A DNA stretch of 64,000 bases from Octopus sinensis. Taxonomy: Eukaryota. Location: positions 67,084,001-67,148,000 of the forward strand of contig NC_043005.1 of the NCBI RefSeq assembly GCF_006345805.1, in the 5' to 3' direction. Shown here one piece after another: positions 53,131-64,000 of this stretch (the first letter of the stretch is position 1; every line of letters starts with the position of its first letter). The notes below the pieces were generated by a model, which worked only from the letters and a program-made list of their open reading frames with translations, had not been told where the DNA came from and searched no databases. A program made the translations under genes and the position numbers.

Positions 53131-53661
53131 ATTATTTCTGGAAATATGCACCCTATTATAGATGTTACCATTAAAGCGAGTACTTCGAAATCATACATAC
53201 GAGTACGTCGTGTGTATTCCTCAGTAAGTTCCTGAATGGCCATCAATTATAATTATGTAGTTTTTTTCTTCAGTTCTTTTAATTATCCTAAATGTTGCTC
53301 CGATTAAGAATGAATCTGTTTCGCTGTTTCGACACACTTTCCATTTTGATATCGAATTTTTGACAGCTGAAATTTTCTTATACATTCTCAAAGAAATTCA
53401 GCAAAGTATAAAAAGAAAAAAAAAAGTGTTCTCAACGAACGTTACTTTACAATATGGCCTACATCATTACTGCCAAAATTGATTGAATACAACGAGAAAA
53501 ATTCAAAACAAGCAATTCACTCGTCTTGTATAATTAAATCTTTTTTCTAAAGTCGAATTAAAACGGTGTTGAATTGAAATAGTTCAAATCAAAGAACGTG
53601 TATGTATGTATTTATCTACCAAAGTATTTCTCTCACTCTCTCTCTCTCTCTCGCCCTATAT

Positions 53662-53698
<37 letters not shown>

Positions 53699-53745
53699 CG
53701 CGTGTGAGTTTGTGGAGTCTGTGTGAGTGTGTGTGTCTGTGTTAG

Positions 53746-53851
<106 letters not shown>

Positions 53852-54018
53852 AGGTTTGGAGGTGATGTACAGGTATTATATATGAGAAGAAATAAGGTAC
53901 TCAGAAATCTGGATGGTTTTATGTTTACAGATTTATATTAATATGTCACATGTTTTTATAAATCATATATTAGCGCTTGCATCCACACTAGTGGATTTTT
54001 CGGATTTTCTCAACATAC

Positions 54019-54418
54019 GCCACATTGGGATCTCATATCAAGATTAACAGCGCATGGCCTTACAAGTGGAACCCAGATAGAATTTTCTTCAGGTCGAGAA
54101 AGGTTGTTAAAGGATATTGAACCAAGCACCTATGTTTCCAGGGGTGAAGTATCCAAACCCCAGAGAATTTGTTTAAAATCATGGCTATGATACCCCCCCA
54201 CTACTTCTGCTCGTGATCAGAGACGTACATATCGTCAGCCACCAAGGGACAAGTTCAACTCGTGACGGTCAAACAACTAACAAGCAAATCAGTGGTACTG
54301 AGCAGAATATTTGCTCTAGCCCATTTTTTATACCAATGCAAAACAATATATATGATAACATTTTCAATCAGTTAAGATGAGAAGCCATGAAAGCCTCTGC
54401 CTGGAACTGCATCAGTGC
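54019..54418 (-). mobile_element. Non-coding (AAT)-associated retroposon, copy 3
   Basis: Aligns with about 26930-27320 and extends roughly 40 bp further 5'; lies directly downstream (sense) of the AAT-like tail of the element at 54500. Confidence 0.7.
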
Positions 54419-54499
54419 ATTTATAATTATCATTATTATTATTATTGTTGTTGTTGTGGTGTTGTTGCTTTTCTTGTTGTCATTATTATTATCATTATT

Positions 54500-56005
54500 A
54501 TATAAAAACTCACAGCTTATTTTACTGGGTATGATGGAAAATGTCAGCTGTCCACAGCCAGCAGATAAGGTGACACTTGTTTACTGGTCAGGTTTCAAGA
54601 ACCCTGCGAAGAATTCTTGCAGTTCCAAGTAATGCTGATTCTTGTACGTGTTCTAGCTTCAAACTTGCACCAATCTTTTTCAGCCATTTTGATACTTTCA
54701 GCATGCTGATATTTCACGTGCACCAAATAATATTGGTATCACGTCTACTCACTTCATTGATCACAGCCTTCGTATTTCCCAGTTGTTTATTTCATTGCTG
54801 CTTATTTTGCCTTCCTCTTTCACATTGGTTCTGTCGTCACCGGCGCATGCTATGTCGATTTTCATGCATGTTCTGCCTTTTGTACTCACAATAACAATGT
54901 CCGTTATTGTTGTGTGGACTGCCCCAGACGATGAAGTAAGCTAGCCCAATACGTAGATATAGAGAGAGATGTCTAGACGTCGGGCGAGAGTTGAGTAGAG
55001 GTCATCGGAACGTGCGATATAACAGTGGCGACGAAAATTTCGTAGCTCACGCGATATAACAGGTATTCTTATGCGATGTCTAGTCGGGTTATCGCACTGA
55101 AGTATTGCAACCCATAGAATTTAGCAATTTTCGTTTTCCATCATTCCTGGAGTTCGCTCATACCACGTCACTGCTCCTGGTAGGCCGGGATTTCCACAGA
55201 GCTACCAATGGATCATTCTTGCCACATTGTCATGGTGTCGGTTGTATTTATGTTGTTCCAATTTCGGGCATTCGCTAATGATGTGCCATACCGTTTCATT
55301 CCACTCACCACACATCATGCATATGTCGCTTTCGGTAATATGGTCTATTTTGCACTTCATGTCGTTTGTCCTTAACACTTGTTCCTGAGCTACGCATAAG
55401 AGTGATTCGTCTCTCTCTTCAGGTCACTCCTCCTCATCCTTAGTGACCGGTCCCCTGTAACTGTCTTCGAGTTCATATCTCTTGCAAACTGAACATACAT
55501 TTACTTTTCCTTCCATATTTCTTCATTTCTTGTTTAAATTCTTCTTTAGATTACACAATTTTCACTGTTGAGGACGCTGGTTTTCTTTGTGTTTCAACAG
55601 TAGCTCCACGGCATTTTTATATACCACACTAGGCTGTTTTCATCTGATTCTGTACAGTCCTGGCAACTGATTAAACCTCTCCCAACTTTCGGTATGATTC
55701 TTAGGGTAGAAGGCTCCGTGTACTGTTAACATATATCTGGTTGTGGTATCCATTTTATTCATTTCTCGCCTTTACCATTTTATAATTCCTGCTTCATACT
55801 AAAGTTATGCTATCACCCACCTATTATCTGCTTGGATTTTATTCAGTACAGAAAATTTTGAGCGCAACACCAACTCCACTTTTCCTTAATACTCCACCCT
55901 CAATTGCTCTTCATTTCCTTTTCTATTATCTCGTTGAACTCTAGTACACCATGGTATTTGTATGCTTCGGTTTCAATTTGTTTAATCAAGTCTCTGTTCG
56001 GTAAT
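54500..56005 (-). mobile_element. R4/Dong-like LINE, 5'-truncated, interrupted by an LTR-derived insert
   Basis: MGIELP..YKYHGVLE, CMMCGEWNETVWHIISEC, RHHDNVA, RI|PDIVIV..IDIACAGD..LGTARILRRVLET* (stop 54588-54590). Confidence 0.85.
54908..55061 (+). mobile_element. LTR + PBS + terminal 11 bp of a second LTR (miniature/deleted LTR element)
   Basis: LTR 54908-55024, PBS TGGCGACGA 55026-55034, GCGATATAACA repeated at 55051-55061, TSD GTTAT/GGTAT (4/5). Confidence 0.75.
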
Positions 56006-56013
56006 TCTATCCC

Positions 56014-56062
<49 letters not shown>

Positions 56063-56123
56063 GTTATTGTTATTGTTATTGTTGTTGTTGTTGTCGTCGT
56101 TGTCGTCGTCATTATTATTATTA

Positions 56124-56157
<34 letters not shown>

Positions 56158-56180
56158 CATTATTATTATTATCATTATTA
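56006..56180. repeat. (ATT/GTT)n array linking two minus-strand Dong-like elements
   Basis: Read directly from the sequence. Confidence 0.9.
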
Positions 56181-59100
56181 TTTTTTTTTTCTTGTTTCAA
56201 ATTTGCTTCCATTTCTTGCCGAGTGTCTTCCCGACTCCTAGGGCAAAAAAACTCATACTATACATTGGTAGGCCATTAAACCAAACTCAGTAGTTCGTTC
56301 ATTTTTTTTTTAAAGTTAAATTAAAATACATGAGCAGCAACAGTTCTCACATCGACAATGCTCTTCTCAATACGTGTGATGTACCAGTTAAGACAATCTT
56401 TTGCACTTCTTGCAGGGATGGTAAGCCAGGGATCATTCTCATATAATTTTCGGTTCCCTTCTTGATCATTCCTAGTGCTCCTACGATCACTGGTATTGTA
56501 ACCGCCTTGAGATGCCACATTTTCTCAATTTCAATGAGTAGGTCTTTATATTTTCTGAGCTTGTCAAACTCTTTCGCTGAGATATTATGATCACAGGGGA
56601 TGCTCATGTCGATCAATAAGCAAACTTTATTGTTTTGGTCTTTCACAACAATATCTGATTTATTGGCCTTGATGGATCGGTCTGTATGTACTGGAAAGTC
56701 CCACAGAATGGTTACATTTTCTCCTTCAGTTACAGCCTCAGGGTGGTGATTATACCACTTGTCGGCAGTTTTGATATTGTAATGCCGACTTATTAGCCAG
56801 TGTAGATATTAGCCAACTCTGTCATGTCTTAATTTATACTCCACTGGTGCTAAGACTTTACATCCAGAGATTAGGTGGTCCACTGTTTCAATCATGTCGT
56901 TGCAGAATCGGCATTTTGGGTCTGCTCCATTTTTCATCACATTGGCCTGGTAGTTCCGGGTGAATAGGCTTTGATCTTGAGCAGCCAGGATGAAACCTTC
57001 GCTCTCAGCTTTTAGCCCTGAGCTCTGTAGCCACTGATGGGTTTGCTTCTGGTCAACATCAGCTTGTTTGCTGCGGGTCACATATTTGCCGTGCAGAGGT
57101 TTCTCCTCCCACCTATCAGCCAATTGCTCGTGCGCTTTTTTCATTGCCATCATTTTCACCTTCTTTGCAACAATAGTTGCCGTACTTCCCTCGGGTTGTT
57201 CAGTTTGGGTATCCTGCACGAGATCAATAGCAAATTTTTTCCTTTCCTTTATGATAGAATGAAGCTTCTTTCGTCTCTCGTGATTTTCCACGAGGTTTAG
57301 CATCCAGTCATTCGATATTTCGAGATGTTTGGCCAGTCTAATTGTGGTTGTTTTGTAAGCTAGTTCAAATTGGATCAGGCCTCGACCTCCTTGGGCTCTG
57401 GGAAGGTAAAGGCGATCTACGTCTGCCTTTGGGTGGTGCATCCTATTACAACTCAGCAGCTTGCGTATTTTCCTATCTATATTCTTTACTTCACTCATAT
57501 TCCAGTTCAACACATTGTAGCTATAAGTAACAACTGGAACTGCTAAGGAATTTATAGCTAACACCTTGTTACGTGCATTTAGTTCAGATTTCAGGACTGC
57601 ACGAACTCTCCTATAACATTCCTTCCTAATTTTCTCTTTCATGCTTGCATGCTGAATACCAGAGCCTTCTTTTATACCCATACCCTGTTCTGTTTAATTC
57701 ACTTGTAAGGGGTATTAGGGCTATGCAGAATATTAAAGGTGAAAGTGAGTCACCTTGAAAAATTCCACAGTTGATGTTTATATTTTCTGAGGTAAGTACT
57801 CCATTAGAGTGGTATAATTGGAGATTCGTATTCCACAACGACATATTGTGCTTCAGGAAGTTTGAAATCACAGGGGAAATTTTGAAGATGTCCAGCGATC
57901 TCAAGATCCATGGATGCGGTATACTGTCGAAGGCCTTTTTATAGTCAATCCATGCGATGCTGAGATTTCTGCGCTTGTTGTGACAGTTCTCAAGGATCAT
58001 ACGATTGATTAGCAGTTGATCTTTGCATCCGTAAGAGCCTCAGCGGCACCCTTTTTGTTCAATAGGGAAAATATCGTTCTTCTCCATGAATGCATATGTT
58101 TTCTCCGCCAGGATAGATGTTAGGATTTTATACGTGGTGGATAGACAGGTTATAGGCCGATAGTTTTTTGGAAGGTTGGTTTCGTTATTCTTTGGGAGTA
58201 GGTAAGTAATGCCACTTGCTAACCATTCAGGTGTTTTCTTTGGGTCTCTCATAATTCCATTGAGCAGCTGAACTAGCTTACCGTGTGCGCATGGGAGCGA
58301 TGCGAGCCAGAAATTCGGCACCCTATCTTTACCGGGGGATTTCCAATTATGGGCCTTCGTGAGTGCCTTTCTTAGGTCTACTATTGTGATGTCTTCCCAT
58401 GCTTGTTGTTGTAAATTTTGGTAGGATCCTTCAGTTTGTATTCTTGTCACTCCAAATCCTTTTCCAAAAGTTTTGAACTTCTTCCATGGGAGGGGGGTCT
58501 TTAACGGTTACTTTCTCCTTCCCTATTTCTCTGTAGAATTTTTTGGCATTGGATGTGAACAGCTTATTTTGCTTGTAAAACTTGTTTCTCTTCTCAAATC
58601 TTCGTATTCTTTGGGCTTTTGCTAGGACTTTTTGTTTCAGCGTTTCTTTTATTGATATCAGTTCTTCTCTTGGTGAGGATCCAAATTTTCTCTTCATCTT
58701 TCTTCCTGTTCTGGATCTTACATTATTTCCACATATTAGTTCATTTAATATTGATATTTCCCCTCTCATAAATTCAATCTCTTTTTCAATTTTACTTCTC
58801 TAGGTTTGATTTCTTCCCAGGTTTTGTTTTCTTTGTTTTTTCGGGGGCATACAGCTGGTTTCAATTGCCCTAGCAGAAGTGTAAATAATTTCATTTAACT
58901 CAGTAAAATCAGGTTTTAATTCTCGTATTATTTCATTTGTTACATAGTTGCCAATTTGGATTTGTTTTTTATTTTGGTTTGTATTTGAGAGTTTATGAAG
59001 TGGTTCTCTATCATTCATACTTGTATGTCTTACAACTTCAAGCGTATTCAGGATTTTCTGCCTCATTTCTGCCATAGACTCTCTGTGTTCTTCAGCAAAT

Positions 59101-59800
59101 GCGAGATCTTCAGTTACTGTTGTTTTTTCGTTTTCCTTGCTATCTTTAACAGATACAATAGAATTTCTTGTATCTTCAGGCCTTTGCGTACTTTGGTCAG
59201 ATGGCAGTCTTTCAATTAAGCCTCGTGGCGGGCTATACTGTTCATCTGATTCTTCATTTCCTTTGTGTCTTATATTTATGTCATTTTCCGTTGCGTGCTT
59301 GATCGCGCTTATTTCACTGTCTGTGAGTCTGTTATTTCTAAGGATATCCCTCCTCACATTTGCTAATTTGTTCTCGTCCAAATAGGGCCTACTGTCTTGA
59401 TTCCGTGTTCTCCATATACTGTAAGAGTTTGCGGTGTGTCTCTCTTGAGATGGCCTACCTAATGCATAGTAATAAGCGTATATTACTTCTTTATACTCTT
59501 CTCGGGTCCATTTGTTCCGCTTACATTTTTCTTTCTGTGGTGGTTGTGGTGGTGAACTTGGAGGACTCGAGTTGGGGGATTTCCCGTTCAAGTGACCATC
59601 CATGTCCGTATTCGGAGAAGAGTTTGTGCCAGTTGATGACTTTTCGATCCCAGGCTGGCTCTTCCCTGGGGGACGCGCTTTCAGATTAACCATAGGACAA
59701 GCGATTTGGTATACTGATTTAGTTTTCCTTTTAGTTTCCAAAAACATTTTGGTGCTACGATAATGTTATCATTTTTTAGCTTTGATTGGCTCGCGGGGAG
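56171..59800 (-). mobile_element. Near full-length R4/Dong-like LINE (single ORF: N-domain, RT, CCHC, REL)
   Basis: ORF pieces 59747-56347: KWTREEY, NWKSPGKD, NYRPITCL, EQKGCR, AWIDYKKAFDSIPH, GIFQGDSLSP, CRFCNDMIETVDHLISGC, RHDRVG, KSDIVV..IDMSIP..K..KYKDL. YMDD is missing and there are a few stops/frameshifts. The 3' end is A10 then (AAT)n; the 5' boundary is approximate. Confidence 0.95.
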
Positions 59801-60144
59801 ACGGCCATCATTGCCGTTACAATTATAATCGTACCATTATAGCAGCCGTAGTCGGCTTATTATTGTTATTATCATCACCATTACCATCACAATCATCATT
59901 ATCACCACCATTACCATCATCATTATCATCATCACCATCACCATCACCACCATCATCATCAATGATATTGTTTTATGTGTTGTCACAGCAGTATCTTATT
60001 ATTGTTATTTTTGTTTTTTTATCATTATCACCATCACAGTAGTGTCTGTCTGTCTCGTTGGCTGGCTTGGTGGTTGGCTGGCTGACTGTCTTCAAGTACC
60101 AGAGTTCTTGCCTGTCAAATAATACTTTCTTTGTGTTGGTTGAA

Positions 60145-60204
<60 letters not shown>

Positions 60205-60209
60205 CATCA

Positions 60210-60290
<81 letters not shown>

Positions 60291-60292
60291 TA

Positions 60293-60327
<35 letters not shown>

Positions 60328-60328
60328 T
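60145..60328. repeat. (ATT)n array upstream of the element at 56171
   Basis: Read directly from the sequence. Confidence 0.95.
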
Positions 60329-61061
60329 TCGTCATCATATGCTTCTGGGACGTAAATAAAAGACTTGAATAAAGTAAAGACACTGGCGTTCAGTTTAGGA
60401 ACTTCAAAGTAACAGACAACCGGATCGGCTCAAACAAGATATTTCCATTTACACATTACACAGGTGTGTGTGTATGTGAATACGTACACTTGCATACACA
60501 CACATAGAGATACACACACACAAGCGCACATATATGGAGATAAATCTGTAGATAGATTAGGTAGACAGACAGATGTACACACAAACACACACACACGCAC
60601 ATATATATATGTGCGTGTGTGTGTGTGTATATGTATTTATGTATGTATTCATGTATACCTGTACCCCACATATAAATATGTGTGTACGTCGTAGTTCTTC
60701 CGGTGTACGCGCATATATGCATAAAAGCGTATTTATATGTATATGTACACGGTTAATGTCTGAAGGTGACCTCGGATATATGTGGTCTTCGTTTTCGAAA
60801 AAAATTGAATAAAATCAAACATTTTCATACTTCGACCAGAGTAATATGATCGATACCCAGACGATAACCATGCTATAAATCTTTAAAATTATAGCAAACT
60901 TTATATATATATTACAATCGAAATAAATTTTGGTTTGTTTGCATTAGATAATAATTATTAAAATAGATATATATTGAAATTTCGAAGAATTCAGTTAAAT
61001 TCCTCTAATATACACTCACTATTCACTGCCATAATGCTATAGTATTACTTTTGAAGTATAA

Positions 61062-61252
61062 GGCAGAATCGTTAGCACGCCGGTCAAAATGCCTAACGGT
61101 ATTTCGTTCGCATTTATATTTTGAGTTCAAATTCAGCCGAGGTGGATTCGCTTCTCATCATTGCTGGGTAGATAAAAAAGTAGGGCAGTAGAATTGATAA
61201 AATCAACTTCGCTTCTCCACCTAAATTATCGGCCTTGCGTCAAAATTTTGAA
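61062..61252 (+). mobile_element. SINE family 2 (degenerate)
   Basis: GCAGAATCGTTAGCACGCCGGTCAAAATG..GAGTTCAAATTCAGCCGAGGTGGA. Confidence 0.65.
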
Positions 61253-61768
61253 CAAGTATTGCTGATGAAGTTACAAGTCGATCAGAATCATTTAAATTGA
61301 CTGAACTTTGTAGGAACAGAGGAGTTTATTTTCTATAGTATCAGTATGGTGTTTTACTTTAAAATTGTTGTTGCAGTCGTTATTGTCCAATTTGCTACAT
61401 AATAATGAACATGAAAAATTTCTGCACTTCCTTGACAACAAATTTAAAACAATATGAGAGCATCAAACTCACTTATCGGCGAGAAATATATTACATATAT
61501 TAATTCCTGATATTTAGACGTATTATTATTCTTATACTTTGTTTTGTTTTGCTTTTCATCATTACATTTATTTCTCGTCTTCTTTTCTATATTGTCTAAA
61601 GGGAATATATCACAAATCGAAATTTCTGTGCGTGCTAATTCCATTTATAATAAAGAACGATATCCCAATTAACGCATAACAATATAAATACACTATACAC
61701 TCAATAACTCAATTTCTTGGATATGTATCATACTTTTACACACATACACACACACATATATATATATG

Positions 61769-61862
<94 letters not shown>

Positions 61863-62109
61863 TGTATGTATGTATGTATATATACATGCATACATACATA
61901 TAATAAAAACATGTTACAAAAAGAATATAGAAGCTACACGTCGAAATATAAAGGGAAAGTAAGAAGAAAAATAAGCGAAAGTGTGCATTGGAAATAGAAA
62001 AATGTAAAGGATTTTTATGAAAAGTAACGATAGATATATACAATTATATGACCTGAGGTAGGAATAAAAGTAATAAAAATAATTTTTGTGAATTATTAAA
62101 CAGATTCAA

Positions 62110-63570
62110 AAGCATACTGGTTTCGTAAAATTGTTGATCACTGATTACTGAACAGTGTCAGGTCTACTAGTCCGCGAATAAAAAGATTGTGTGAAGGGAG
62201 GTAAGTAGTTCTGGATTTGGTGCAATTAGTGTAGACACAGATCTGTAATGTGAATGGTGTATGGGATGAATGGGGGTTAGTGGTGTTAATTGAAAGGTTA
62301 GTAGTGTTCTGTATTGTGTTATCTGTTCATATTGAGTTGTGGAATATATTTATTGATGAAAGTTGCCTCTTTATTAATTGTTTGTTGTATTGAGTTGTTC
62401 TGTGACCATTGATAAAAGGGGAAAATTAGGAAATTAGGATTAAGGCTCCTAGCACACATTTCTAAGCGTTCACTGAGCTGTATCTGTCTGTGTTGTGAGT
62501 AGCGGATTTGTTCTTTATAGAGAGTTGTTCTTCGACGGTGTGATATTCCTGTTTGGCCAATATAATGATTACCACACACTAATGGCATAGATTAGATTTT
62601 TCGAGGTACTGGTCAAATTTGATTTGATCTTAAATATTTCACCTTGTTTAAAGTGGAACTCTGAACCCTCCACAATATGGGGGCATGTACCGCAGTTAGG
62701 TCGACCATATTTTTTCACTTTTGGTTCAGTTGTTCATGGAGATAGTCTTGCGTTGGTTAATTTTTTTTTTTATGATTTCGGTTGCATTTTGCTTTTGATA
62801 ATTTTGTGTGAGCTTAACATTTTGTTCATTGTTTTATCTCCTGTGAGGATGGGGAGATTTTGGATGATAATGTTGAAGACTTTATTGTTTCTATGGTTAT
62901 GTGTGGAGATGTATGGGAGTATTTTTAAGTCTGGTGTAATATTTCTGATGACTTCTCTCAATGTTCGTATATCTATTTCCTTAGCTCGTTTAATGCCATC
63001 ATTTATTACTGATATAGAGTAATATCTTGAATAGTATTGATCTGAATGTAGGAGTCTTCGTTCTCGGGTAGAGGTGTCCGAAACTATGGTACAGATTCTT
63101 TTCGCTAGATTAATATATATTTTAATTTTTATATGTTTTGGGTAGCCTGAGTTGAATAATAGGTATTGTTTAGAATCTGTGGGTTTATAGAAGATATCTG
63201 CTTCGATGTGGTTATTGACTATTTTAATTAGGATGTCAAGAAAGGGGAGGTGCTTATTGCTGTACTCCATGATGAATTGTATGTTGCTAATAATATTGTT
63301 AAGCATTATTTTGGAATCGAGGAGTTTGTCCATACTGTCTTTCCAAATTATAAAGCAATCATCCAAATAGCTCTTCCAGTTCTCCTTTAAATGGCAATGG
63401 AATGGGATGCCATATTTTTGTCGTGCCGATTGGTATATTTTAAGCTCTAGGTAACCCAATACAAGGTTCGCAATCACTGGAGAAGCTCGAGTTCCCATTG
63501 CAGTTCCGCATTATTGTCGATAGTAAACTGTATCGAACATGAAATAGTTCTGCAGTAGGATGAATTTGAG
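62110..63570 (-). mobile_element. Penelope-like element (RT plus GIY-YIG endonuclease), 5'-truncated
   Basis: GTAMGTRASPVIANL, SYLDDCFIIW, LPFLD, YKPTDSKQYL (ORF 62770-63498), then LIYAI..CGNHYIGQTG (about 62610-62319); frameshifted. Confidence 0.9.
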
Positions 63571-63644
63571 TGCTGTGTGTCTATGTATGTCTATATATGT
63601 GGATATATGTGTGTGTGTGTGTGTAACACACACATACACACATA

Positions 63645-64000
63645 CGAGGGACGTTCAATAAGTAATGCCTCTGACCGACTTGCCGTTGTTTGATCTAGCT
63701 GAAATTTTGCATGTGCAATCATTTATATCTCTATAGAGTGAGTGGCAACTTACAGCTCTGAATTAATTGTGGTTTCTGATTAACAGGTGTTTGAACCGAG
63801 TCAAGTGTTAAATGGAGCCTGTTGACTGTCGAGCAGTGATCCGGTTTTTGTATTTGAAAGGACGCACACCACGGGAGACTTTTGATGAAATGAAAGTAAC
63901 TTATGGTGATGATGCCCCATCATATGACCTTGTAAAACGCTGGCATCGTGAATTCAAACATGGTCGGAACTCTGTGGAAACAGCTCCCAGATCTGGTCGC
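63645..64000 (+). mobile_element. Mariner element 5' end (TA + TIR CGAGGGACGTTCAATAAGT), running off the window
   Basis: TA at 63643-63644, typical (TA)CGAGGG mariner terminus, transposase ORF downstream. Confidence 0.85.
63812..64000 (+). CDS. Mariner transposase N-terminus (63 codons, open to the window edge)
   Basis: MEPVDCRAVIRFLYLKGRTPRETFDEMKVTYGDDAPSYDLVKRWHREFKHGRNSVETAPRSGR: mariner HTH ending in the RSGR(P) motif. Confidence 0.85.
   Translation, partial: MEPVDCRAVIRFLYLKGRTPRETFDEMKVTYGDDAPSYDLVKRWHREFKHGRNSVETAPRSGR

Noticed and set aside
59775-59812. GGCCGTCTCCCCGCGAGCC (minus strand) resembling an HDV ribozyme L3 loop
   Set aside because: No P1, P2 or P1.1 pairing could be built around it.

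Overview
AT-rich eukaryotic DNA full of microsatellites ((AT)n, (AC)n, (ATAG)n, (ATGT)n, (AAT)n). The repeat families match my recollection of Octopus/coleoid repeats; this is an inference, not a database match. Most entries in the ORF track are microsatellite or antisense artefacts. No host gene, rRNA, intact tRNA or CRISPR array could be established. The dominant structure is about 11 full or partial R4/Dong-like non-LTR retrotransposons (RT plus restriction-like endonuclease, REL) from several diverged subfamilies. They form same-strand head-to-tail trains, and every copy with a retained 3' end abuts an (AAT)n tract. They share a covarying 3'-UTR stem-loop and possibly a structured 5' RNA. 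A non-coding retroposon uses the same target, and one copy has a perfect 12-bp target-site duplication (TSD). Four of the long copies lack the RT catalytic YMDD region. Also present: tRNA-headed and other SINEs, RTE and CR1 3' fragments, a Penelope-like element, hammerhead-like motifs, Tc1/mariner relics, a very short LTR family, two long palindromes and a weak candidate spliced gene at 14.7-24.2 kb.
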